DNA from: Lama guanicoe | Lineage: Eukaryota | Direction: 5' to 3' | DNA length: 64,000 nucleotides | NCBI GenBank assembly: GCA_013239625.1 | Contig: MU054204.1 | Coordinates: 1,053,537 to 1,117,536, forward strand | Shown: positions 1 to 13,100 of the stretch, in pieces | How the letters are laid out: each line of letters begins with the position of its first letter | How positions within the stretch are numbered: position 1 is the stretch's first letter | Program-made: the position numbers and the translations under genes | The notes under the pieces: generated by a model | Databases searched by the model: none | What the model was told of the DNA's origin: nothing | What the model saw: the letters and a program-made list of their open reading frames with translations, nothing else

Positions 1-443
1 AAAAGATTTCACATTTTTTATTTCTCTGTTATGAAAAAAAAAATTTTAATTACAACCTAAGATCTAACCAAAATATATCTAGGCTTCCTTAAACTTTTGA
101 TGCAATGACTCAAGAAGCCCTGAAAACAATATTCCAAGAAGACCAAGTTTAACTAGGAAAATAGTGTATAATTTTGCCTAAATTTAATGTTGCTTCCTTT
201 GATTTGCTATTTTAGAGCCTTCACAAGGACTGTATTTTCCAAGCACTCCAAACAGTTTAAAACATGGATGGGTAAAATGCTGAAAGAGGGAAAACTTATC
301 ACAGAGAGGGAATGCAGTTAGCTGCAAACTACACCTTTCCATTACCACATAGGTTTTCAGCCAATTTTCAGGGAACCCTTTATACCTGTTACTAGTATAA
401 CATCACAAATGAAATATAGATTATCCCTCCATCCGCTTTTCAC

Positions 444-549
444 CTTGAACCACAGATGTTCCTTCTTCTTTCTCTTGTCCAGATTCGAAGTCCAGATTCT
501 CAGTTGGTGGTTCCTCTTGTTCAGCTTTTTTGCCACCTGGTTTCGGGGT
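444..549 (-). CDS. PAGE4: PAGE4-like gene, second coding exon; the gene continues off the left edge of the window
   Basis: Acceptor cctcccccaag|ACC at 549 and donor CAAG|gtgaaa at 444. The 106 nt translate TPKPGGKKAEQEEPPTENLDFESGQEKEEGTSVVQ(G), in frame with the upstream exon, and contain the PAGE/XAGE QEEPPTxNxDxExGQE motif. Confidence 0.82.
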
Positions 550-887
550 CTTGGGGGAGGGTAGGTGCAAATAAAAAGCACTGTTATTAATACTATGACA
601 AGAGAAGGTACAAATACACATACTAAATGGAAGTAACTAATCACCAATCTGAAGAGGCTTTTCCTATACTCTTCTCTGTAAACGCTCTTAATAAAGTTAT
701 TCTTCCTATATAAAAAATACTCTAAGAAAGGAGTTATCTGCAAGGACCAATAATTCTGGAAACCATTTTAATCTTTTCTGGGCTGTGTGTTATCTGCTTA
801 TTAATAAGCACAATAGGGAAGTCATAAGGACGATTTCCAGGCTCCTGACAATATATATATATTGTCAATATATATATATATATATAT

Positions 888-1092
888 TGCTAAAGCACTT
901 GAGAGTAAATTTCAAATGCAACTCTTTCCTAAGTAATTCAGCATCTCCTAAAAACAAGGATATTCTCTTACATAACCTAGTACAGTGATCAGATTCAGGA
1001 TATTTAACATTGATACAATTTGATTATCTAATACGTAGTCAATTGGCCTAGTAATATTTTATAGCGTTATTTTTTCCTGATCCAGGATCCAA
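888..1092 (-). mobile_element. Old L1MC-type 3' fragment in the PAGE intron, flanked by (TA)n
   Basis: ctcctaaaaacaaggatattctcttacataacc is typical of antisense L1MC 3' ends; (TA)n runs at ~851-886 and ~1093-1108. Confidence 0.55.
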
Positions 1093-1285
1093 TATATATA
1101 TATATATATCTCCAGGCAATTCCAGAAACTAAGTCTCCTCACTCAATGTCTCAGTCATGAGATTCATTTCTCACCCATTCTCAGCAAGGAAGTCCTTTAT
1201 ACAACATATATATATTGGTTCAACCACTTTTTTGATTTTCTTTTATTAATTTCTGCCAATGAAAGTAGGATGTTAAAGCACTCAC

Positions 1286-1363
1286 AACCACAGGTTCAAC
1301 CAGATTGGAAGACTCTTGACCATCTCCCCTTCCTCTAGATCTTGATCTCACTCGTGCACTCAT
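1286..1363 (-). CDS. PAGE4: PAGE/GAGE-family (PAGE4-like) cancer-testis antigen, first coding exon (exon spans 1286-1371 including 8 nt of 5'UTR)
   Basis: Minus strand reads tttcag|tgtgaaacATG...GTT|gtgagt and translates MSARVRSRSRGRGDGQESSNLVEPVV (26 codons, phase 0). The first 17 residues match human PAGE4 as I recall it (MSARVRSRSRGRGDGQE). Family assignment is firm; exact orthology is not. Confidence 0.85.
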
Positions 1364-1719
1364 GTTTCACACTGAAAGTAGAAAATGGTGAACTGGAGAA
1401 TGTAATTAAAACAAACAAACAAACAAAAAGACTATACTGGACCATTTCCATGGCCAACTGCTGATTGGAAATTCTTTTTTACATCTGGAGAGATTTCCAA
1501 AATAATCTTGAATTAATAATAACTGCCTACTTTCCAATCGCATCAAATAAGGCTATCTGAAAACCCCTTTGTTTCACAGCCAACCTGGCAGAGCACTTGA
1601 TTAAAAAAAAAAAGTAAGACTTTCCTAGAGATTCAGTCTCACTTCCGGACTCTCCAATATGGAGAGATTTTTGTAAAATATAACCAGGTCCACCTCCCCA
1701 CTGCCGACTCCGGATCCCC

Positions 1720-2140
1720 TCTTCTGTCGGCAGTTCCAGGGCCTCCAGATAGCACCAACAGCGCCCCCAAGACTCACCTCATCTTCACCTGACCCCCTGC
1801 CCCCTGCCTCCCACCATCCCGTCTTTCCCACTGCCACCTTGAGAGCCAAGGTGGCCAAGACGCCTATGAGGAGGACGATGACCTCGAGGACCCTCCTCTT
1901 CAGAGGACACAGATCGCACTGCCCGACCCGCCCAAAGCCCGCTGGCCACCACCTCACACGAATGTACATTTATACTCCCAGAAGGACGGATCTGTGGACC
2001 TACCAGGAGATCGCAGCCAAGTAGAAACAGCCCAGATGGTGAGACGCGATGTGCGCAGCTCGGCACCCAGAACGCGTTGCACACGCTGTACGCGAGCGAC
2101 GATGGAAAGGCACCCAGACCCGGGCATGCGCACTGGGTCT
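1720..2140 (-). promoter_or_regulatory. Proximal CpG-rich promoter/non-coding first exon module of the PAGE-like gene
   Basis: Densest CpG cluster in the window (~2040-2135). Minus-strand donor cctg|gtaggt (exon ends 2004), second donor gag|gtgagtc at 1771-1777, NRF1-like TGCGCATGC at 2124-2132. Intron-1 motifs resemble GAGE/PAGE intron 1 as recalled. Confidence 0.6.
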
Positions 2141-2204
2141 CGCCTGTGCTGTTGTGGGCCGGTTTCCCCGCCCTTCACTGGACCCCAGAGGACCCCAGGA
2201 TCTG

Positions 2205-2670
2205 TGGTCTGTCGGCAGTTCCTGGTGCCTCCAGGGCTCGGATACCTCATATAACACTCCGCAAGAGTCACCCCATCTTCATCTGACACCCTCCGCTCCA
2301 CTGCCCACCATCCTCCCTTGTCCCAGCCCCACCACAAAGAGCCATAGCAGCCGTCATGCTTGTACAGAGAAAAGACAACGACCTCGAGGACCTTCCTCCT
2401 TGGAAGCCAGGTATCATGCTGCAGCCACCCACCCACCCGAATCCCACTGGCTCCCCGTCACAGCCACTCAATATTCACACTTACACCTGCGAGACAGCAG
2501 CGAGCCTGGTGGAGGATCAGAAAGAGAATGGAAAGGGTACCTACCTTTTGCTGATGTCAAAACACGACCTCTGCGGAGTGGACTCCACCAGCTGAACCCA
2601 AGCCTCTGAGGTGTGTGTGATAGCGCCTGTGGTCCTGCGCAGTAATATGTGTGTCACGTGGGCCCTCCTC
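2205..2670 (-). promoter_or_regulatory. Distal paralogous copy of the promoter/first-exon module
   Basis: Shares tctgtcggcagttcc (1723 vs 2208) and gacctcgaggacc (1880 vs 2380) with the proximal module. Has its own donor aag|gtaggt (exon ends 2545) and an E-box gtcacgtg at 2653-2660. Confidence 0.5.
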
Positions 2671-5600
2671 CCTGAGCAGGTAGAAGCCCCGCCCCACCTG
2701 GAAGAGGGTGTTGCTTCCCAGTCCCAAAAGGGGCTTGTCCTTTCCTTATCCACAGCAAAAAATCTTTCAGTCCTTCTGTATCTAGAACGTTCCCAGTCCT
2801 GCCGATTGAACCCTCCAAATTCTCCTCTCAGGGTGGCTGCCTCAGTGGCTCTCAAGAGAGTCTTGAGTCTCCCCAGAGATGTGTGAAGGCTTTTAGGCTC
2901 TTAAAGAGTGCAAAACCATTTTCTGCACGAGAGGGATCCAGAAGATGTTAAAAAAAAAAAGCATTGATAAATCCAATATATAAGCCTTAAAGCCTAAGCC
3001 TTGAAACATTCAGTGACCCTGCAATTCTATTTCTAGAACTTTATGTGTTAAGGAAACTGTCTTGGATGTGAACAAAGATTTAGATATGTGGGACTTCCAA
3101 AGCAGCTTAATTTGTACAAACATGGTCACAGACTTGTTGGCACATTTGAAAATGCAATACGGCTGCCCATCAAAACTAATGCTGAATGTTTGCTTTCATA
3201 GTGGTACTGCTCACATTAAGGTATTAACTAGAAACAGCTGGTTGCATAGCATTGTGTATGTGCAGGATGGTCCCAAACGAAGTGAGAGGATTTGGAGTTT
3301 ACCAGCACTACCACATCACCAACCCTTCTCTCAGACAGTAAATATGATTTGTTTCCTGAAGTCAGCAGCTTCCAGAGCTCCAGAGACACCTGGTTCTCCA
3401 AGGGTAACCCAGAAGATACAATACAGTCCTCAGGGTTGTAGGTCTCCTGCACCTGGTGCACCGCACAGGGCTTTGGCATCACCTAGGTGGTCTGATTTTC
3501 TGCTGTCAGGGAAGGGGGGAGGGGAGGGGAAGCAGCCAACTGTTCCTGCTTTGGGCGAACAAAGGTGGGTGGGTACCTGCAGGACAGGGAGGAGTGGGCC
3601 CTGCCTTTCCCGACTCCCCCCATGCACCCCTCCCCTACAAAAAAACCCTTTCTGTACTTGCACGTCCAGGGCAGTTCCCAAACCCTGCAGGTTACCTTTA
3701 GAGGCACACACATTCTTTGAAGAATTAGAAAATTCCCCTGTGGCAGAAATAGAATTGCCACATCCCTCCCCTTCTCCCTCCCTCTCCCCCATCCTCTCAT
3801 ACAGACAAGATGAGTCAATTTAGAGCCAAGTGGAGTCAGTTTAGAGCCAAGTGTAAATATATAATTCTTTCTCGATTTCACCAATCAGGGATAACCTCTT
3901 TTAACACCTAATCAGGGGCTGCTTCTGCAACTCAGATCTTTATGTGCATGAAATAAAGATTTATTGAGAAGGGCTGAGTTATCACATTCTTTAATCAGCA
4001 TAAACTATGGGCACTAACCTCAGTCGCACGTTTCTCCTCATGCAAAGTGCTTTCAGCTGGCTCTTAGTCAGTTCCTGTTGTCTCCTGGAAAGACTCTTGC
4101 AGCTCAGCTGTCTCCCTGACCTTGGTGCTTGGTCTATATGCAGCAGCTGTGTTCTCTGAGTAGGATCAGATTTCTCCAGGACGCTGTGAAGAAGTTGGAA
4201 GGAAAATGGGGTCCTTTCTGTGTGAGAGCTTGGAGCCTGAACTGAGAAAGAAACCTCTATTTGCCCAGCGCCACAAGCCTTCCCAGGTAACTCATCCTCA
4301 GGCAGCATTAGTGCAGAGCAAGCACTCTCACCAAGGACAATCAGGTCCTCCCAAGTCCTTGTTTGTATCGTTGTGTTGGTTGTAGATATCATTTCATATT
4401 GTTTTATGGCACAATACCGGCTCCTTACAAATAATTCAGTCTTGAAGAATTGGCCAGTCCCACTGTCTTTGTCATTAGTTAAATCTTAGCACAAGGTCAC
4501 CTGACTCTGGGTAGAATTAACACCTGGCAGTAATAGTATTGCTAGGGGAGCCACAAGGCATCCCCTCCTGTCCCTCGGCCCTCCCCTTCCTCCCATTAGC
4601 AGAAGAAAAAAAGACCCCTTAGTCATCTGTTTGCCACAGTTGGAGATGATTATCAAGAGTGGGAACTAGCGACTGTGCCCAGTGTGAAGTAAAGCAGGTG
4701 TCGAGGTCAAGGCCCAGGTGGCACATGGGCAGAAGGTGAGCTCTGTGCAGACTCTCCAGAAACCCAATGGGAGAAATGTGGGAAATGCGACCTGGGCCAG
4801 CTGGGAGCGGGATGCACAGATATGAGGCCATCATGAAGCCATGGGGGAGGTGGCAGCTGTGGCTGGACGGTGGGTGGGGTGATGAACCAGCCCATTTCCA
4901 ATACCTGGAGGAGGGGAAAATTCAGGGTTACCTACCGACTTGCAGGTGTGTGCTCCAGAGGGAGGCAGTGGTGGTGGGAGTGCTCTGTTCTTCCCTGTCT
5001 GGCCTTCTTCTGGCCTGGGGTACCGCACCTGAAGATCTGGGGATGGGCCAGGCCTGGGAGAATTACTACCCACAACCACCACCCTCAGCCGAAGTTGGGG
5101 GAAATTCCAACAGCCAGCCTCGGAGAGTGAGAGCAGCTGGCCTGTGTGAGGGGGTGTCTTTGTTGAGCCCCAACAGCTTGTGCAACCCATCCCCACCCCT
5201 TTAGATGGTGGGGAAGGAGTCAGTTTAGATTCCTTGAGAAACTCCTAACATTCTTGTCTCTCAATTGGTAATGCACTAAGCACCCCTTCCCAGCAATCTG
5301 CGTTTTGGAACTCATCCTAAAGGTATATTCATCCAAGTAGACTACAGTAAATACACAACAGTTGCAGAAGTGAAAACTCAAAAGTGCCTGTGTGGTCAGT
5401 AATGTACTTGCTTATACGAATTGCAATAAAACTTGACAATGGAAGTTTTGCAGCCAGTGAAGAATTAGATAAATCAACATGTGTTGCTATAGAATGATGT
5501 TCATTCATTATGGTTGAATAGTACCAAAAAAGCTGTAAAACACTCGTGTGATTTTGTGGTTGTTTTAAGCAGACATGTGTCTATGTGTGTGTTTTATGTT

Positions 5601-6049
5601 GATTGTTCATGGTCTTTTTAATGAGTATTGCTAGATGACTCTAAGATGTGAAAAACCATTTCACTCTCCAGCTTGTGTACAAGAAGGCCTGTTTTGTTCC
5701 ACCTTTGCAATTGTTGGGTATAACAATAGTTCTTTTTCTGCTATTTTGATGGAAGAAAGTGATACCACGCTAGCACCTGAATTTGCATTTTTAATGAATA
5801 ATAAGGTTTTATGATGATTAAAGTAATTCACGCTCATTGTAAAAAAAAATCCATAAAGCCAGAAAGAGGAGAATTAAGACTCAAACTTAGAATCTGAGCA
5901 TTCATTAAAAACCTCTATTTGTCATTTCAGTGCATATATTTCCATATATATGTCCCCCACATTCATTCTCAATTATCATCCATGCTGCAGCAAACGTCCT
6001 CATGAATCATTCCCTGCCCACTTCCCTAATTATTTCTTTAGGAAAAAAA

Positions 6050-7161
6050 AATCCTCCAGGTTTTTCTCCCAGCTGCAGTGGGTTTCCACCCAGTGACCTC
6101 AGGCAACAGGTTTTGATGGTCTTCAGCAGACAAATGAAGGCTTTTGTTTTGTATGGGAGATTGAAGAGATGGTCCTGAGCAGAGTTTCAGCAGTGGGTGC
6201 TGTCAGTCTTCTCAGGATTCTCCCCAGCTTTCCCTGTCCATGCCTGGTGGCAGTCTACAGAAAAAGCGTGCAAGCAGGTGTGAAAGTCCCATGTCTGCAG
6301 CCTCTAGGGCCTCACATTCTCACACTAGCCTACACTCAGCCTTTAGCAGTTTGTTAAAAATTTCATCTTACTTTTCTTCCTGGCTTATCTGACATTCAGA
6401 GACATCTGTCCTGGAGAATCAATGCTCAGGTTCTGTGTCTCCCTATCAGGGCCTGTCTCTCTACATTTCAGGTTAGTCGTTTTCCCAGAAAACGTACCTC
6501 ATCAGTGGTTTCAAGAAAAGTGTTTAATTTCCAGTTTGCCCAGCCTTTTTCTTGTTGTGAGGATGAAAGTGATGCTCTTTCTACACTGAAACCAGTCATC
6601 CTTTTATTTTTATCCTACCAATATCCTTATCTTTGTAGACAGCATGTAGTTAGGTCATGGTTTTTATTTTTGACAATCTCTGTCTTTGAACTGGTGTTTA
6701 AACCATTTAATTTTAATGTATTATTGATATGTTTGGATATAGATCTACCATTTTATTGTTTTCTGTTTGTTCCCTCCATTTTTCATTCCTGTTTAACCTT
6801 TCCTGCTTTGTTCTGGGTGATTTAAAACTCAGTATTCCATTTTAATAAATTTGTTGTGATTTTTAACTGTATATTTCATATAGTTTTTTCATGGTTGCTC
6901 TAGGAATTACAAAATACATACTTAACTTTTCACATTCTTCTTGGAATCAATGTTTTGTCACTTCAGTTTGAATGTAGAAACTTGCCACCTTCAGGCCTCT
7001 TGACTAGCCCCTTTTTATGCTATAGTTGTCTTGTGTATTACAGCTACATACATTGAAAACTGCATCAGAAAATGTTATAAATTTTGCTTATAAGTGTCAA
7101 ACATATTTTAAAGAACCCAGGAGGAGAAAAGACATCTATTATATCCACCCAGATATTTACC
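6050..7161 (-). mobile_element. Ancient L1M fragments (antisense) abutting the satellite array
   Basis: T-rich decayed L1M sequence, e.g. tttgtagacagcatgtagttaggtcatgg and gatatttaccatctctgg. Confidence 0.55.
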
Positions 7162-10100
7162 ATCTCTGGGTCCCTAGGTTTGAATCTGAGTTATGTGGAA
7201 TCAGTGTTGAGAGTATGAGGCCTCTGAATACTTCATCTGTGTTTAGAGTGTGAGGTCTCAAATCTTGAGGTCAGGTTTGTAAGGTTTAAATATGAGTTAC
7301 ATGGGGATTTGTATTCAAGGAGTGAAGGGAGGTTCTGTGTGCCAACTTTAAGTTTGAGGCATTTGGGGTCTGTGCTCAAGGAGTATGGCCCCTGAACACT
7401 TTGAGTGACCACACTCCAAGGTTTTTGTGTGAGGTATTTAGAGTTCATGTTCAGGGTGTGAGATCTCTGGTCCCTTTGAGGTTTGTATCCCAAGGATTGA
7501 ATCTGAATTATGTGGGTCAGTGTTCTGTGTGTGACATCTCTGAAATTTTAGAGGGTCTCTGTTCCAAATTTGAGTCTGAGGTATTAGTGTCTGTATTCAA
7601 GGAGTGAGGCCTTGGAATTCTTCAGAATGTTTTCCAGTATTTTTATCTGAGGTGTTTGAGAGTTCGTGTTCAGGAGGGGGTGTCTCTGAATGCTTTGAGG
7701 GCTAGGTTTCTCAGTGTAAGTCTGAGGTACTTAGAGGTCTGTGCTCAGGGGTGAGTTCTGTGAATGATTTGAGGGTCTTCCCCAAGGTTTGAATCTGAGG
7801 TAACTGTGGGACTGTGGTCAGGGTATCAGGTTTCTGAACTCTTTGAAAGTCTATGGCTCAAGGTCTGAGTCAGAGAGATTTGAGTATCGGTATTCACAGT
7901 GTGGTATCTCTGAAGTCTTTGAAGTGTGTCCCATGGTTTAATCTGATTAATGTAGAGTGCTCAGGCTTTGAGTTCTGTGAATACTTTGAGGGCCTGTATT
8001 CAAGGTGTGAGGTCTCTGAAATTTTACAGGATCTGTGTCCCAAATTTGGGTCTAAGGTATTTTAGGTCTTAGTTCAAGGGGCAAAGTTCTTAAACTCTCT
8101 GAGGGTATGTGTTGAAAGCTTTCTGTCTGAGTTGTGGACATCCACGTTCAAGTTGTACTGTCTCTCAACCCTTTGAGGGTGTGTGTTTGAAAGTTTGGGC
8201 CTGAGATAGTTAGAAGTTGTCACTGAATTCTTTCAGGGCCTTTCCCAATGTTTGAATATGAGGCAACTCGGAGTCTGTGTACCAAATGTGAAATCCCTGA
8301 GCTGTTTTGGGGTCTGTGACTCAAGATGTAACTCTGAGATTTTTGGAGGTCTCTGTTCAGTGAGAGAGGTCTCCGAAATCAGTGGAATTCTGTTTCTAAA
8401 ACTATAAGTCTGAGGTATTCAGGGGTCTGTGTTCAGCATGTGAAGTCTCTGAGCTGTTAGAGGATCTGTTCCCTGAGTTTTGGATATGAGGTATTTGGGA
8501 TCTGTTTTCATAGTGTAACGTCTGAAATTTTAGAGGGTGTATGTCCCAAGGATTCAGTTGGAGTTATTTGGAGGTCCATAGTCAGGGTGCAAGGCCTCTG
8601 AAACTTTGATGGTCTCTGTCCTAAGGTTTGATTCTGAGGGGTTTGGAGGTCTGTGTTCAGAGTGTGCGCTCTCTGATCTCTTTAAAGTCTGTGAGTCAAA
8701 GTATTTTTTTATTTTGTTTTGTTTATTTTTTAAACAAAGATTTACTATTTTATTTTATTTTTTAACATTTTTTATTGATCAATAATAATTTTACAGTGTT
8801 GTGTCAAATTCCAGTCTAGAGCCCAATTTTTCAGGTATACATGAACATATATATATTCATTGTCATATTTTTTTCTCTGTGAACTACCTTAAGTTCTTGT
8901 TTTAACTCTGAAGTAGTGGTTTGTGTTCACACTGTGAGGTCTCTGAAGTCACTGAGGATTTCTTTTGTTAAGGTTTGAATCTCAGGTCATTGTGGATCTC
9001 TGTTCAGGGTGAGAGGTCTCTGAAATCTATGGGGATCTATTTCTAAAAGTTAAGTTTCATGCATTTTGAGGTCTGCATTCATGGCCTAAGGTCTCTGTAG
9101 TTTTAGACGGTCTGTGTCCCAAGGATTCAGCTTTAGTTATTTAAGGGTCTGTATTCAGGGTTTGAGGGCCCTGAGGTTTTCTGTTTCTGTTCCGAGGTTT
9201 CAGTCTTAAAGATTAGGAGGCCTGGGTTCAGGTATGTATGTCTTCGGACTTTGAGAACGTCTGAGTCCCACAGTTAGGTCTGAGGTATTAAGGGGTCTGT
9301 GTACAGGAAGTGGGGTCCATGAATTCTTTGAAGGTGTTTGTTCCAAGTTTTTTACCCAAGGTATTTGGAAGTCCATGTTCAGCGTGTGAGGTCTCTGGTC
9401 TCTCTAAGGGCGTGTGTTCCACATTTTGACTTTGAGATACTTAGACATGTGTGCTCAAGTTCTCTGAAATTTTTCAGGGTCGGTCCAAATGTGCTAGTCT
9501 GTGGTTCAGCTGTGAGGTCTCTGAAATTGTTTCAGGGTCTGCACTGTAAGATTTCAATCTGAAGTAACTGGGGGTCTGTGATCAAGCTGTGGACTCGGAA
9601 ATTTTAAGCTTGGATCCTAAGTTTCAGAGGTGTTTTTGTACTGCATTAAAAGAGTAAAGTCCTTGAATCTTTCAAGTTCTGAGTTCCCAGGGGTTTTTTT
9701 GTCTGAGTTATTTAGACATCCCTGTTCAGGATCTGAAGTCTCTGAACTCTTTGAGGGTCTATGTCCCAAGGTTTAAATTGGAGGTTCTGGAGGGGTCTGT
9801 GATCAGAGTGTGAAAGGTGTCCAAACTTCTCAACTGTGCTCCAAGGTCTGATTTGAAGTCTCTGAGGGTCTGTGTTGTAAGATCTGAATATGAGGTACTT
9901 GTGGGTCTCTGTCAGTTTATGAAGGTTTAAATCTGATATATTTGGGGGTCTGTATTCAGGAAGAAGGGTGTCTGAAATTCTGAAAGTCAGATTTGAATGT
10001 GAGGGATTTGGAGGTCTGTGTTGTGTGTGTACATTCTCTGAACTTGTTGAGGCCTGTGTCCCCGGGTTTGAATGTGAGATATGTGGGGATCTGTGTTTAG

Positions 10101-13100
10101 GGGGTGAGCTCTCCAAATTCCTTGAGGGTCTATGTTCAGGGGTTCTGGCAGTTTGTGATCAGGGTGCGACAGGGGTCCAAATTTATTAACTCTCTGTGCT
10201 CCAAAGTTTGATGTGGAGTATTTAGGAGTCTATGATCTAGATATGAGGTCTCTCAGTGCTTTAAGGGAGTTAGTACTAAAGTTTGATTGGGTTCCATGGG
10301 ACTTTGAGTTCAGGGTTTAAAGTTATGAAACACTTTGGTGATTTACCTTCCTAGGTTTCAGTCTGATGTTATGGGGATCTGGGTTTGTGTGTTAGATCGC
10401 TGAAAGCATTGAGCATCTCTGTTTCATGTTTTTAGTCTGAAGTGTTTGGAAATCTATGAGCAGAGAATGAAGTCTCTGAATAATTTGAGGGTCTCTGTTG
10501 CAAGTGTAGAGTTTTTGGTATTAGGAGATTTATGTTGAGGATAGGAAATCTCTGAAGTCTTATACTGCCTATGTTCCAACGTTTGAGTTGGAGGAGGTAT
10601 TGGGTGTCAGTGTTCAAGCTGTGAGATGTCTGAAATTTTATGGGATCTGTCTCCCAAGTGTTAATCTTAACTAAGATATTTGGGAATCTGAGTTCAGTAT
10701 GTGAGGCCTCTGGAGTTTGAGTGGGAGATGTTCATGGTATCTGTTCAGATGTGAGGTCTGTGAAATCTTTCACTGTCTACATTCCATGGCTGAGTCTGAG
10801 GGATTTGGCGTTCTGAATTCAAGCTGTGAAATCTGTATTATCACTGCGGGTTTATGTTCCATTGTTTAATTATAAAGTATTTTGGACTAAGTGTTCAGAG
10901 TAAGAAGTCTCACTGAAGGTCTATTTTTCAAAGTTTTAGTCTGAAGTATTTGGGGAAAGTGTCCAGGGTGTGTGGTCTCTGAACCCTTTAAAGGTTTATG
11001 TCCTAAGATTGCTTCTATGTTGTTTGGTGTCTGAGTTCAGGGGTCTTTTTTGAGGTTCTGTGTCCTGAGGTTTAAGTCTGTGGTGCTTGGAACACTACTT
11101 AGAACATAATGTCTGTATTCAGGATGGAAGGGCTCCAAAATCTTTGAGGGTCTGTCTTGCAAAGGGGGAGTTTGAGATATTTTGCAGTGCTTTACAGAGT
11201 GTGAGGTGTCTGACTTGTTGAAGTACTTTTTTCATAGAATTGAGTCTGAGGTGTTGGTTTCTGGGTCTAGAATGTAAATTCTTTGACTTCTATGAGGATT
11301 TGTGTCCTAAGGGTGGAATCTGGGGATTTGCAGGTCTGTGTTCAGGGTGAGTACTCTGAAACCTTTGAGGGTCTATGTTCCAAGTTTAAGTCTCAGGTAT
11401 TTGGGGTCAGTATTTAGATTGTAAACACTCACAACTCTTTTAGTGTCTTTGTTTTCATGTTTTCTCTATTAGTGTTCCAAGGCTGAATCTAAGAGATTTG
11501 GGGTTCTGCATTCAGGGTTAGAAGACTATGATATCATTGAGGGTTTGTCTTCTATTGTTTGAGTATGAAGTATTTCAGGGTCAGTGTTTAGGGTGAGAAG
11601 TCTCTGAACTCGTTTAGGGTGTAATTTTCAAAGTTTTTGTCTAAGGTATTTAGAGCAAGTGTTCAAGATATGAAGTCTCTAACTCTTTGAGGGATCGTTA
11701 CGTAAGTTTGCTTCTATGTTATTTGGTATCTAACTTCAGGACATGAGGCCCTTGATTTTTTTTATGAGGTTCTGTGATCCAATGTTTGAGTCTGAAATAT
11801 TTGGGACTCTATGTTTAGATTGGTATGTCTCTGAACTCTGAGGGTCCGTGTTTTCAAATTTTAATTGATGTACGTAAGGATTTGTGTTTAGAGTGTGAGG
11901 GCTCTGAAATCACTGAAGGTCTTTGGTACAGATTTTTAATCTGAGATTTTGGGGTCTGTGTTCAGAGTGTGACAGTTCTGAACTCTTTGAGGGTATGTGT
12001 TGCCAGGTAAGGGTATTTGAAGTCCATGAGGGTCTATGTCCTATGATAGTGAATTTGATGTATTTGCACATCTGTGTTTAGAGTTTTAGTTTTGTGAAAT
12101 CTTTGAGGGTCTACATTCCAAGATTTGAGGTATCTTATATCTGTGTTCTGAGTATAAGCACTCACAAATCTTTTAGTGTCTGTGTTTTAATGACATATAT
12201 GGGTTATTTTTGAAAGAAATAAGTTCTCTGAACTCATTGAAGGTCTGTGGCCCAAGAATGGAGTCTCAGGTGTTTGTAAGATCATGAGGTCTATGAATTC
12301 ACTGAGAGTCTGGGTTCCAAATTGAATCACTGGTTTTGGAGGTATGTGTTCAGGTTGTGATGATGCAGAACATTCTCATGGTATGTGTTCCAAGGTTGAA
12401 CATTTAATTTAATGTCTAATTAAATTTAAATTTAAATTTAATTTGAGGCATTTGTGGTCTCTTTTCAATGTTGGAGGTGTCTTACCTTTTTGAGGGTTTG
12501 TTTGCTAAGTTTGCTTCTGAAGTTTCTTTTGGTATCTAAGTTCAGAGTGTGAAGTCTCTAAACTCTAGAGGATCAGTGCTCCAGGATTTGTGTGGGGGGG
12601 AGGGGGTGTGTGGGTGTGTGGGTGTGGGTGATTTTGGATATTTGTCTTCAGAATGTGAAATCTCTGAAATATTTGAAAGCCTGTGTTCCAACTTTAGAAT
12701 CAGATGTGTTTGAGGGTCTCTGAGCAGGGAGTGAGAGATCTCTAAACTAATTAAATGTGCACCAATGTTTGAATGTGAAATATTTGGAGGTCTGTGTTTA
12801 GAGTGTGAGATCACTGACTTTATGAAAGTCTTTTTTTTTTCCCATAGGATTGAGTCTGAGGTATTTGGTATTCTGTGTTTAGAGTGTGAGGTCTTGAACT
12901 CTTTGAGGGTCTATGACATAAAATTCTGAGCTTGATATATTTGTGGTTCTTCGTTTAGGATTTTCATCTCTGAAGCCATTGGGAAAATGTGTTTCAAAGT
13001 TTGAGGTATTTGAGGTCTGTATTCACAATAAGCATTTACAAATATTTTAGGGCCTGTGTTTTAATATCTAAATATGAGGCATATGGGTTCTATGTTCAGA

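Noticed and set aside
78..135. Minus-strand tattgttttcag|GGC as the next PAGE exon
   Set aside because: Gives GLLESLHQKFKEA-stop with no PAGE C-terminal motif; likely intronic, with the real exon outside the window.
1625..2886. Many overlapping ORFs on both strands
   Set aside because: Expected from a GC-rich promoter with few stops; no protein similarity recognised.
3062..3823. 253-aa ORF
   Set aside because: Non-ATG start, no recognisable domain; begins in decayed L1-like sequence and runs through GC-rich low-complexity DNA.
4619..5204. GC-rich block with ORFs and splice-like motifs
   Set aside because: No recognisable product or consistent exon structure.
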